From Xanthomonas campestris pv. campestris str. ATCC 33913 (lineage in GTDB: Bacteria; Pseudomonadota; Gammaproteobacteria; Xanthomonadales; Xanthomonadaceae): a DNA stretch of 32,000 nt. Shown piece after piece: positions 1 through 8,310 of this stretch (position 1 is its first letter; each line of letters starts with the position of its first letter). A program made the translations under genes and the position numbers. The notes beneath the pieces were generated by a model. The model was not told the DNA's origin and ran no database searches. It saw only the letters and a list, made by a program, of their open reading frames with translations. Location: the NCBI RefSeq assembly GCF_000007145.1, contig NC_003902.1, positions 3,776,497 through 3,808,496 on the forward strand, in the 5' to 3' direction.

Positions 1-482
1 AACTGGCCGCATTGGCGGCGGCCAGCAAGTCGGCCAGCCCGGATCTGCAGCCGCTGGCGCTGGAAGACGTGATCCACGCGGTGCTCGGCGTGTGGCGCCA
101 GCCGGCCAGGGACAAGTGCCTGTCGCTGCGGCATGTGCCCACCTCCCTGCGCGTGCGCAGCCATTCCACCTTGCTGACCACCTTGATCGGCAATCTGGTC
201 GGCAATGCAGTCAAGTACACCGAACGCGGCCAGGTGCTGGTGGGCTGCCGGCGCCGTCCCGGCCACGCGGTGGTGGAAGTCATCGACAGCGGCATCGGCT
301 TGAATCTGGAGCACCCCGAAGACGTGTTCCAGGCGTTCCGCCAGGCCGACCCGGGCAGCGACGGCCTGGGCATCGGCTTGTGGATCGTGCATCGCACCGC
401 CGAAACGCTGGGCTGCCAGGTCGAAGTGCGCCCGCGCCCGAGTGGCGGCACGCGCTTTTCGGTCACCATTCCGCTGGCCTGA
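1..482 (+). CDS. Sensor histidine kinase, C-terminal ATPase (HATPase_c) fragment; 5' end lies outside the window
   Basis: The frame is open from the window edge. The translation GNLVGNAVKYTERGQVLV...VIDSGIGL...GLGIGLWIVHRTAETLG shows the N, G1 (DxGxG) and G2 (GxGxG) boxes. Stop TGA at 480-482. Confidence 0.8.
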   Translation, partial: LAALAAASKSASPDLQPLALEDVIHAVLGVWRQPARDKCLSLRHVPTSLRVRSHSTLLTTLIGNLVGNAVKYTERGQVLVGCRRRPGHAVVEVIDSGIGLNLEHPEDVFQAFRQADPGSDGLGIGLWIVHRTAETLGCQVEVRPRPSGGTRFSVTIPLA

Positions 483-987
483 ACAAAAAATGGCGGACCC
501 GGGCTCCCGTCCCGAATCCGCCACCAAGCACGCCAGGCCTCTCCCCAGGGACCCGGGTGCGCCAGTCGTTCAAGTCGCGCAACACGCGATGGCGAACGAC
601 AGCGCCAGCAACCTCTACGACCTTCCGAACAGACCGGCCAAGCGATGGATGCCGGGCCGGCCCTGCGCCGTCCACCCCTAGACGTCCTGGAGTGTCGTGC
701 ATGGTTGCTATAAGGGTTTACGACATCGCCAGGCCCAACTTGATGGCTCTGGCCGACGCCGCCTTGGCGGCCCTGACAGCGCGAGGGGAAATCACCGACA
801 GTAAGGCTGTGCTGATCCAGCGCGGTGTTTGCAGGCCATTGATTTAGAAAGCCATTACGATCCGCCAGTGCGCTGCAGTGCAGCATTCGTAAGGACCGCC
901 GCGGCCTGATGCGATCGTCGCCAACTGGCCGCGCAATCACTCCACCCGCTGCCGCGACACCCGCAGGCAACGCCTCCTGCTTGCCGG

Positions 988-1269
988 CTAGATCTCCGAC
1001 ACGCCCTCATCCTGGCGTGCGAACCACGCCGCCGAATGCACCTCGGCATCGGCGGCCTCCAGTGCCTGGCGCAGGACCACCAACGGCAGTTGCAGGCGCG
1101 TCTCGCTCAGTTGCACGCCCACCCACAGCGATTCGTCCTGCGGATCGGCCAACACCGTCAGCACGGTCTGGTCGCGGCCTTCCACGTGGGCCCACAGCTC
1201 CAGCTGCATGCCGCCGTCCGCATCGGGTGACCACACACGGCTGAGCGCCGGGCGAAGCACTGCTGTCAT
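988..1269 (-). CDS. Hypothetical small protein (about 93 aa)
   Basis: Minus-strand ORF with first ATG at 1269 (MTAVLRPALSRVW...). Codons are GC3-rich. It is co-directional with and downstream of the LysR gene. No family recognised. Confidence 0.4.
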   Translation of the reverse strand: MTAVLRPALSRVWSPDADGGMQLELWAHVEGRDQTVLTVLADPQDESLWVGVQLSETRLQLPLVVLRQALEAADAEVHSAAWFARQDEGVSEI

Positions 1270-1363
1270 GGCGCACCTCGTTGGTTGAGGCAGCCAGCAT
1301 GCCACCGGCCGCGCGCGTCTGCCGCACTGCGTTCGCGTGCAGCGACACGGCCTTGTTCCAGCA

Positions 1364-2344
1364 TCAGCTGGTGATGGTCTGGGTCAGCGCTTCCCAGGTC
1401 GGCGGCAGCGGCCAGTTCGGCGCCTGGTTGCCGTCCAGCACCCGGCGCAGGTCGCGCTTGTCGATCTGTGGTGCCAACACATGCACCAGGTCCAATGCGT
1501 AATCGCGCAACACGCGGTCGCGCGGCAGCACCGCCCAGGCGATGCACTCGGCGATCGGCGCCGGGGCCGGCCACGCGCGCAGATCCTCGTCGTTGGCACT
1601 GACGGCCATTTCGGCCACCAGCCCCACGCCCAGGCCAGCACGCACGTAGGTCTTGATCAGGTCCGCATCCAGCGCGGTCAGCGCAATGCTCGGCTCCAGG
1701 CCCACCTGCGCAAACGCCCGTTGCAGCGAGGAGCCGGCGCGCGTGGAGGATTCGTAACTGATCAGCGGGTGCGCAGACAGCGCCTGCATGTCCGGCGCCA
1801 CGCGCGTGTCCAGTGCATGCCCGCGCGGCACGACTACCAACCGGCGCCAGCGGTACAGCGGCACCGCGATGCCGGCCGTGGGCTCGCCGCCCGCGGTGCT
1901 GACCACGGCAATGTCCGCATCGCCCTGGCTGAGCAGATCCAGCGCCGCGCTCTCGGCCGCCTGCTGCAGATGCACGCTGACCTGAGGGTAGGCCTGCTTG
2001 ATCTGTGCCACCGCAGGCGGCAACACGAAGCGCGCCTGGGTATGGGTGGTGGTCAAGGTCAGCTGGCCCTGGCTTTCGCGGCGCTGGTTGGCGGCGTAGG
2101 TGCGGATGTTGTTGGCTTCGGACAGCACCGCGCGGGCACGTTCGATCACTTCCACGCCGGCCGGGGTCACCGCATCCAGGCTGCGCCCCTTGCGCACGAA
2201 CAGCAAAAAGCCCAGCTCGTCCTCCAGCTGTTTGAGCTGTTTGGACAGGCCCGGCTGGGTCGCGTGCACACGCGCCGCGGCCAGCGTGATGTTCAGCTCG
2301 GCATCGGCGATGGCCACCAGGTAGCGAAGTTGGGTCAGCGTCAT
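1364..2344 (-). CDS. cysB: LysR-family transcriptional regulator, CysB/Cbl-like
   Basis: 326-aa ORF. The N-terminal HTH MTLTQLRYLVAIADAELNITLAAARVHATQPGLSKQLKQLEDELG and the TTTHTQARF segment align well with my memory of E. coli CysB. It is divergent from a cysG-cysK pair. Confidence 0.85.
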   Translation of the reverse strand: MTLTQLRYLVAIADAELNITLAAARVHATQPGLSKQLKQLEDELGFLLFVRKGRSLDAVTPAGVEVIERARAVLSEANNIRTYAANQRRESQGQLTLTTTHTQARFVLPPAVAQIKQAYPQVSVHLQQAAESAALDLLSQGDADIAVVSTAGGEPTAGIAVPLYRWRRLVVVPRGHALDTRVAPDMQALSAHPLISYESSTRAGSSLQRAFAQVGLEPSIALTALDADLIKTYVRAGLGVGLVAEMAVSANDEDLRAWPAPAPIAECIAWAVLPRDRVLRDYALDLVHVLAPQIDKRDLRRVLDGNQAPNWPLPPTWEALTQTITS

Positions 2345-2507
2345 GGGCTTATGTCCAAAAAAGCGCGAGGCGCTACAAGGGCTTCGACTGTAGAGGAGTT
2401 CGGCGGGCCAGCTTATAACCGAACGCTATTTTTAGGACGCATGAAGTCATTTCCGACGGCTATAAGCCCGGCGTTACGGTCTGGCCCTCCCCTCGAAGCC
2501 CCGGTCC

Positions 2508-3713
2508 GTGACTGCCCTGTTCCCGCTCCTTGCCGATCTGCGTGGCCGTGCCGTCCTGGTGGTCGGCGGCGGCCGCGCTGCCGAAAGCGCCACCGCCAGC
2601 CTGCTGCAGGCCGGCGCGGTGCCGCTGGTGGGCGCGCCGGAACTGACACCGGCGTTGCGCGGCTGGGCGCAGTCCGGTCAGGTGCGCTGGCTGGTGGGCA
2701 GCTTTGACCCGCAGTGGCTGGCGCTGCCGGACCAGCCGGTCTGGCTGACCATTGCGGCCAGCGATGTGCCGGCCGTGAACGCTGCCTTGCGCAGCGTCGC
2801 CGGCGCACAACGGCTGCTGACCCATGAGGCCGCTCCCGCAGCGGCAGCATTGCCGCCCATCGCCAGCGAACCACCGCCACCAGCAAGCCGCCTCACCCTC
2901 ACGCCCGGCAGCGTGGCGCTGGTCGGTGCCGGCCCGGGCGACCCCGGCCTGCTCACCCGCAATGCGGTGCGCGCGCTGCGGCAGGCCGAGGTGATCCTGT
3001 ACGACCGCCTGGTCAGCCCGCAGATCCTGCGTCTGGCCCAGCGCGCAGCGCGCTGCATCGAAGTGGGCAAATCCGCCCAAGGCCACAGCACGCGCCAGGA
3101 GCAGATCCATGCGCTGATGCTCGAACATGCGCGCGCCGGGCGGCGCGTGGTGCGCCTGAAAGGTGGCGACCCGTTCGTGTTTGGCCGCGGCGGCGAAGAG
3201 CTCGAATTCCTGCACGCGCACGGCATCGGTTTCCAGGTGGTGCCCGGCATCACTGCCGCAGTGGCCTGTGCCGCCTACGCCGGTATCCCGCTCACCCACC
3301 GCGACCATGCGCAATCGCTGCGCCTGATCACCGCGCACTGCAAGGATTCGCTGGACACGCTGGACTGGCACGCATTGGGCCAGGAGCGGCAGACGCTGGC
3401 CTTCTACATGGGCGTGGCCGGCCTGGATAGCATCCAGCAGCGCCTGCTGCAGGCCGGCCGCGCCGCGGACACGCCATTTGCGCTGGTCGAAAATGGCTCG
3501 CGCCCGGAACAGCGCGTGGTCACCGGCACCTTGTCGCAGCTGGCCGCCACCGCGCGCTTGCATGCGGTGCGCTCGCCCGCACTGTTGATCCTGGGCGACG
3601 TCGCCGCGCTGTCGCAGTCGCTGCACTGGTTCGGCGCCGCGCCGCTCACCGGCCAGCCCGCGCACTCACCCATCGCAACGCCCCACGCGCCCACACTCGC
3701 CCACGCAGCCTGA
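2508..3713 (+). CDS. cysG: Uroporphyrinogen-III C-methyltransferase (SUMT) fused to a shortened CysG-type N-terminal Rossmann domain
   Basis: The C-terminal ~265 aa carry SUMT motifs ([39 protein letters not shown]). The N-terminus has [10 protein letters not shown], like precorrin-2 dehydrogenase. The GTG start at 2508 is uncertain. Confidence 0.85.
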   Translation: MTALFPLLADLRGRAVLVVGGGRAAESATASLLQAGAVPLVGAPELTPALRGWAQSGQVRWLVGSFDPQWLALPDQPVWLTIAASDVPAVNAALRSVAGAQRLLTHEAAPAAAALPPIASEPPPPASRLTLTPGSVALVGAGPGDPGLLTRNAVRALRQAEVILYDRLVSPQILRLAQRAARCIEVGKSAQGHSTRQEQIHALMLEHARAGRRVVRLKGGDPFVFGRGGEELEFLHAHGIGFQVVPGITAAVACAAYAGIPLTHRDHAQSLRLITAHCKDSLDTLDWHALGQERQTLAFYMGVAGLDSIQQRLLQAGRAADTPFALVENGSRPEQRVVTGTLSQLAATARLHAVRSPALLILGDVAALSQSLHWFGAAPLTGQPAHSPIATPHAPTLAHAA

Positions 3714-3729
3714 TTCCGACGGAGACCCC

Positions 3730-4689
3730 ATGGCCCTGTACGACAACATCCTCGACACCATCGGCCGCACCCCGGTGGTCAAACTCAACCGCCTCGCCCC
3801 GGACCACGTGTCCCTGTACGTCAAGGTCGAGTCGTTCAACCCGGGCGGATCGGTCAAGGACCGGCTGGCGCTGGCCATCATCCTGGACGCCGAACAACGC
3901 GGCCTGCTCAAGCCCGGCGACACCATCGTGGAAGCCACCTCCGGCAACACCGGCGTGGCGCTGGCCATGGTCGCTGCCGCGCGTGGCTACAAGTTCGTCG
4001 CCACCATGGTGGAAACCTTCTCGATCGAGCGCCGCAAGCTCATGCGCGCCTACGGCGCCAAGGTGATCCTGACCCCGGCCGCCGAGCGCGGCAGCGGCAT
4101 GGTGCGCAAGGCCAAGGAACTGGCCGAACAACACGGCTGGTTCCTGGCCAGCCAGTTCGCCAACCCCGCCAATCCGGCCTACCACCGCAACACCACCGCC
4201 GCCGAGATCCTGCGCGACTTCGCCGGCCACCGGCTGGACCATTTCGTCACCGGCTGGGGCACCGGCGGCACCCTCACCGGCGTGGGCGAAGTACTGCGCG
4301 TGGCCCGCCCGGAAGTGCGCATCACCGCCACCGAGCCGGCCGGCGCTGCGCTGCTGCAAGGCCAGGACTGGAAGCCGCACAAGATCCAGGGCTGGACGCC
4401 GGACTTCGTGCCGGAGGTGCTCAACCGCGAGGTCGCCCACGAAATCCTCAGCGTGGAAGACACCGACGCGATCAGCGTGGCTCGGCGGCTTGCCGCGGAA
4501 GAAGGCATCTTCACCGGCATCTCCGGCGGCGGCACCGTCTCCACTGCCCTGCGGGTGGCCGAAACCGCGGTGCCGGGCGCGGTGATCCTTGCGATGCTGC
4601 CGGATACCGGCGAGCGCTACTTCTCCACGCCATTGTTCGCCGACATCAACGAAGGCTCGGACGACGATTGGCTGGCCGGCCTGCCCTGA
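3730..4689 (+). CDS. cysK: Cysteine synthase A (O-acetylserine sulfhydrylase)
   Basis: 319-aa ORF with PLP-enzyme motifs (NPGGSVKDR, TSGNTG, GTGGTLTG). GGAG lies 7 nt upstream of the ATG. It starts 17 nt after the cysG stop. Confidence 0.95.
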   Translation: MALYDNILDTIGRTPVVKLNRLAPDHVSLYVKVESFNPGGSVKDRLALAIILDAEQRGLLKPGDTIVEATSGNTGVALAMVAAARGYKFVATMVETFSIERRKLMRAYGAKVILTPAAERGSGMVRKAKELAEQHGWFLASQFANPANPAYHRNTTAAEILRDFAGHRLDHFVTGWGTGGTLTGVGEVLRVARPEVRITATEPAGAALLQGQDWKPHKIQGWTPDFVPEVLNREVAHEILSVEDTDAISVARRLAAEEGIFTGISGGGTVSTALRVAETAVPGAVILAMLPDTGERYFSTPLFADINEGSDDDWLAGLP

Positions 4690-4719
4690 TCGCAGGCAGC
4701 GTGACGTCAGCGTTTCTTC

Positions 4720-4751
4720 CCAAAGGCCGCGCCCGCCAGCGCGGCCTTTGG
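4720..4751 (+). terminator. Stem-loop downstream of cysK
   Basis: CCAAAGGCCGCG / CGCGGCCTTTGG form a 12-bp perfect stem with an 8-nt loop, 31 nt after the cysK stop. There is no strong U-tract. Confidence 0.55.
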
Positions 4752-4914
4752 CATGAAGTGTCCTGCGATTTGCGGCGCGCTGCGGCGCTGCCGCCTCCCG
4801 CCGATGTCAAGGAAACGTTACGATGGCGGTTGTTCTGCAGGGAGAGAAGGCGTGAGTAACCGGCCGTATGGACACAGCGATACCCGCAGCGGGCGGGCGC
4901 CATGGCTGGTGAAG

Positions 4915-5358
4915 ATGACCTCCCCGGCGCATTTCGCGCTTGCCCTGGGCGCGGGCGCCTGGCTACAGCAGGCCTTTGCGCTGCCGCTGCCTGGCCCCAC
5001 ACCGCTGGCGTGGATCGAACTGGCCGGCGGCGTCATCGCCTGCGCCGGGCTCGCGCTGGCGGTGAGCTGCTTCATCCTGTTCGCGCGCCGACGCACCACC
5101 ATCATGCCCAGCGGCCATCCCTCGCGGCTGGTGCTGGACGGCCCGTACCGCTTCACCCGCAACCCGATGTATCTGGCGCTGGTCCTCAGCTACATCGGCC
5201 TGTGCCTGCAACTGGGCCTGCTGTGGGCGGTGGCGCTGGTGCCGCTGCCTTGGCTGGCCTTGCAGTGGTTGGTCATCCCGTTCGAAAAAGCGCGCCTGCG
5301 CGACGAATTCGGTCGCGCCTACAGCGATTATTGCGCCCGCGTACGCCGCTGGCTTTGA
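4915..5358 (+). CDS. Isoprenylcysteine carboxyl methyltransferase (ICMT/PEMT) family membrane protein
   Basis: The C-terminal signature is GPYRFTRNPMYLALVLSYIG...IPFEKARLRDEFGRAYSDYCARVRRWL, preceded by hydrophobic helices. The ATG at 4915 is preferred. The ORF extends upstream to 4753, with a GTG at 4852. Confidence 0.75.
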   Translation: MTSPAHFALALGAGAWLQQAFALPLPGPTPLAWIELAGGVIACAGLALAVSCFILFARRRTTIMPSGHPSRLVLDGPYRFTRNPMYLALVLSYIGLCLQLGLLWAVALVPLPWLALQWLVIPFEKARLRDEFGRAYSDYCARVRRWL

Positions 5359-5391
5359 GCCTAACGGTACACGTTGCCGCGGCGGCTTCGC

Positions 5392-5484
5392 GTGGTTGTC
5401 ATCCCATTCGAAGAGGCGCGCGTACGCGACGAGTTCGGCCGCGTCTGTGGCGATTACTGCGCATGCATTCGCCATTGGCCTTGA
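5392..5484 (+). pseudogene. Orphan degenerate copy of the last ~30 codons of the ICMT-family gene
   Basis: 5392-5484 translates VVVIPFEEARVRDEFGRVCGDYCACIRHWP*. The gene end at 5266-5358 translates WLVIPFEKARLRDEFGRAYSDYCARVRRWL*. The frame is the same and the offset is 126 bp. No upstream coding body is present. Confidence 0.6.
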
Positions 5485-5865
5485 ACCTGCGGGCGCACGC
5501 CAAACCGGTTCCGATTGAGCGAACCGATTGCCAGCGCTGTTTGCGACGGCGATGACCGTCGACGCGCGACAAGCCCTCCGGCATCGGACGCTTTCAGCGC
5601 CTGAACTTCGCACGTTCCCATGGCGCATTGAAAGCCTGCCTTCCGTCGTATTTGGCACCTTTCAGCATGCCGCTTCGATGCCTGTCATAGGCCAGACCAA
5701 TCGTCATCGCGACACGTTGCAGACAGCGCGTTTGGCACGCTGCAGGTCCTTCGGCGCAGCCCGCCATGTGGTCGCATCGTGTGAGATGAATGGCCCGTAG
5801 CGTGAGCGTCCCGCAGCGCCTGATCCATCACGCGCTCATCATGCAAATCCCATAACTATCGCGCT

Positions 5866-6405
5866 ATGAGAATCGAAGTCTGGCAAGGCGACATTACCCA
5901 ACTCGACGTTGACGTCATCGTCAACGCGGCCAACGAATCACTGCTGGGCGGTGGTGGCGTCGATGGCGCGATCCATCGCGCCGCAGGCCCGCGCCTGTTG
6001 GAGGCCTGCGAGGCGTTGCCGGAAGTGCGCCCAGGCGTGCGTTGCCCCACCGGCGAAATCCGCATCACCGATGGCTTCGACCTGAAAGCACGGCACATCT
6101 TCCACACAGTGGGACCGGTATGGCGCGACGGCAAGCACAACGAACCGGAACAGCTCGCCAACTGCTATTGGCAGTCGCTGAAGTTGGCCGAGCAGATGAT
6201 GCTGCACTCGATTGCGTTTCCGGCCATCAGCTGCGGTATCTACGGTTATCCGCTTTACCAGGCGGCACGCATTGCCGTCACTGAAACCCGCGACTGGCAG
6301 CGCTCGCACAAGGTGCCCAAGCACATCGTGCTGGTGGCCTATAACGAAGCGACCTACAAGGCCTATCACCAGGCGCTCGCCACGCAGGAAACCGCTGCTG
6401 CCTGA
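5866..6405 (+). CDS. ymdB: Macro-domain protein (O-acetyl-ADP-ribose deacetylase, YmdB-like)
   Basis: 179 aa with the macro-domain motifs GDITQLDVDVIVNAANESLLGGGGVDGAIHRAAG and AFPAISCGIYGYP. Confidence 0.9.
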   Translation: MRIEVWQGDITQLDVDVIVNAANESLLGGGGVDGAIHRAAGPRLLEACEALPEVRPGVRCPTGEIRITDGFDLKARHIFHTVGPVWRDGKHNEPEQLANCYWQSLKLAEQMMLHSIAFPAISCGIYGYPLYQAARIAVTETRDWQRSHKVPKHIVLVAYNEATYKAYHQALATQETAAA

Positions 6406-6434
6406 GTTGAACGACTGCAAGCGTGATGGTTTTC

Positions 6435-6460
6435 AGACAGGCGCCACAGGGCGCCTGTCT
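6435..6460 (+). terminator. Rho-independent-type terminator after the macro-domain gene
   Basis: AGACAGGCGCC-acag-GGCGCCTGTCT forms an 11-bp stem followed by TGCTTTGTG. Confidence 0.65.
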
Positions 6461-6784
6461 TGCTTTGTGCACGGCACAGTCTTGCTTGTGATGCACTTTG
6501 TGCTGCCCATGCACATGCGTGCAGGAAACAGCTGCAGCGTGAGCGATACGAGTGCAAGCGAGCTGCTTCCCAAAGATGGGCCACGGTGGTGTGTCTTGCG
6601 TCGTGCAGGCGCCTTCTTACTTGAGACGTACCTTGCGCGCATGTGCAGGTGCACGTGCAGGTGCCGTAGTTCGCACGCGTGTCTGTCAGTACGGACAACG
6701 GTCGCGCGTCAACGACGGGCGCACGCTGCACATGCAAACGTCGCGACAAAAGCTGCCGGCCATCCAAACTGGCGAACCCAAACG

Positions 6785-6814
6785 CAAGACGCCGGCCTCG
6801 CGGCCGGCGTCTTG
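6785..6814 (-). terminator. Terminator hairpin downstream of fba
   Basis: CAAGACGCCGGCC-tcgc-GGCCGGCGTCTTG forms a 13-bp stem, 28 nt beyond the fba stop. Confidence 0.7.
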
Positions 6815-6841
6815 TATGCGTGATGCAGCCTCAGCGGCGGA

Positions 6842-7846
6842 TCAGCCCTTCCACTTGCCCAGTGCAGCCAAGCCGTTTTCCTTGGCGCGCTCGTAAATGA
6901 TCTGCTGCGCCTTGGCGTAGTTGCCGGTCATGTCCTTGGACCACAGCTTCAGTGCGGCCTGCTGCATCGCGCGGCCATACGAGAAGCTCAGCGGCCACGG
7001 CAGGTTGCCCAGCTGGTGCATCTCGTTGAGGTGCGCGGTGGACTGCTCGTCGGTCTGGCCGCCGGACAGGAACACGATGCCCGGCAGGATTGCCGGCACG
7101 GTCGACTTCAGGCACATCACGGTGGACTCGGCCACTTCTTCGACGCTGGCCTGCTCTTCGCAGCCCTTGCCGGAGATGACCATCGAGGCCTTCAGGATGG
7201 TGCCTTCGAGCACGACGTTCTGCTCATACAGCGCACCGAACAGCGAACGCAACGTGGCTTCGGTGACTTCGTAGCAGGTCTCGATGTCGTGGTCGCCATC
7301 CATGATCACTTCCGGCTCCACCATCGGCACCAGGCCTTGTTCCTGGCACAGCGCGGCATAGCGGGCCAGCGCATGCGCATTGGCCTCGATGCAGGTGCCG
7401 GACGGAATGTCTTCGCCGATGTTGATGACCGCACGCCACTTGGCGAAGCGCGCACCCAGGGTGTAGTACTCCTCCAGACGCGCACGCAGGCCGTCCAGAC
7501 CTTCGGTCACCAGCTCGCCCGGCATGCCGGCCAGCGGCTGCGCGCCCTTGTCGACCTTGATGCCCGGGATGATGCCGTGGTCGGCCATGTACTTGGCAAA
7601 CGGCACGCCGTCCTTGGTCTTCTGACGGATGGTTTCGTCGAACAGGATGGCGCCGGAGATGTAATCGCTCAGCTTGGGCGTGGTCAGCAGCAGTTCGCGG
7701 TAGGCACGACGGTTTTCTTCGGTGTTCTCGATGCCGACGCCGGAAAAGCGCTTGGCGATCGTGCTGGTCGATTCGTCGATGGCGATGATGCCCTTGCCCG
7801 GGGCGACCATGGCCTGGGCGGTTTCGGCAAGCTGTTCGATGCTCAT
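6842..7846 (-). CDS. fba: Fructose-bisphosphate aldolase, class I (eukaryote-like Schiff-base type)
   Basis: 334 aa. GKGIIAIDESTSTIAKRF and LEGTILKASMV are typical of class I aldolases. Confidence 0.95.
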   Translation of the reverse strand: MSIEQLAETAQAMVAPGKGIIAIDESTSTIAKRFSGVGIENTEENRRAYRELLLTTPKLSDYISGAILFDETIRQKTKDGVPFAKYMADHGIIPGIKVDKGAQPLAGMPGELVTEGLDGLRARLEEYYTLGARFAKWRAVINIGEDIPSGTCIEANAHALARYAALCQEQGLVPMVEPEVIMDGDHDIETCYEVTEATLRSLFGALYEQNVVLEGTILKASMVISGKGCEEQASVEEVAESTVMCLKSTVPAILPGIVFLSGGQTDEQSTAHLNEMHQLGNLPWPLSFSYGRAMQQAALKLWSKDMTGNYAKAQQIIYERAKENGLAALGKWKG

Positions 7847-8215
7847 GTAGTTCCTGTGGCAGCTGCGGGGGAGAACGAAAGTATAGCGACGAAAGTCGTA
7901 GACATTCCTTCACGGAATGCCTGCAACCGATTACACCTTGCAGCGTGCTGCGCGATCTGTGGCAGGGCTCGCATCGTGGCGTGCAGCGCTTTGGCCACAT
8001 GCCGCATCTCACGTCGATGCGGCGGGCGCGGCATGCAAACGCCAATGGCCTGGAAGGGTATTAAACGCGGCGTTTACGTCTGATCGGCCCATGCCGTGTG
8101 CAGCCTCACCACAGCTGGGCCGCGAGATTGCATGCACATGTCCGTCAGCCACGCTGCGGGGACGTACAGCGCAGGGTGCGGCATGGGAAGCGAGCCATGC
8201 GCATCGGCCACACAG

Positions 8216-8244
8216 CACGACGGCGGCACATGGCCGCCGTCGTG
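8216..8244 (-). terminator. GC-rich hairpin downstream of pyk (putative terminator)
   Basis: CACGACGGCGGC-acatg-GCCGCCGTCGTG forms a 12-bp stem about 70 nt after the pyk stop. No clear U-tract. Confidence 0.4.
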
Positions 8245-8310
8245 TCACTGCAGGCTGCGTGGGGCGCGTCGCACATGTCTGCATGCACGACGCCTACACC
8301 GCCAGGTGTT

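Noticed and set aside
701-847. A 48-codon ORF (MVAIRVYDIARPNLMALADAALAALTARGEITDSKAVLIQRGVCRPLI) in the 500-bp gap after the histidine kinase.
   Set aside because: It has no RBS and no recognisable family, and it is short. It could be a gene remnant or a small protein, but the sequence alone does not support calling it.
5387-5411. A PIP-box-like motif, TTCGC-N15-TTCGA (the HrpX plant-inducible promoter consensus is TTCGB-N15-TTCGB).
   Set aside because: The second half-site ends in A, which the consensus excludes. The motif lies inside the duplicated gene tail, and the nearest downstream + strand gene is ~450 bp away, too far for a typical PIP promoter.
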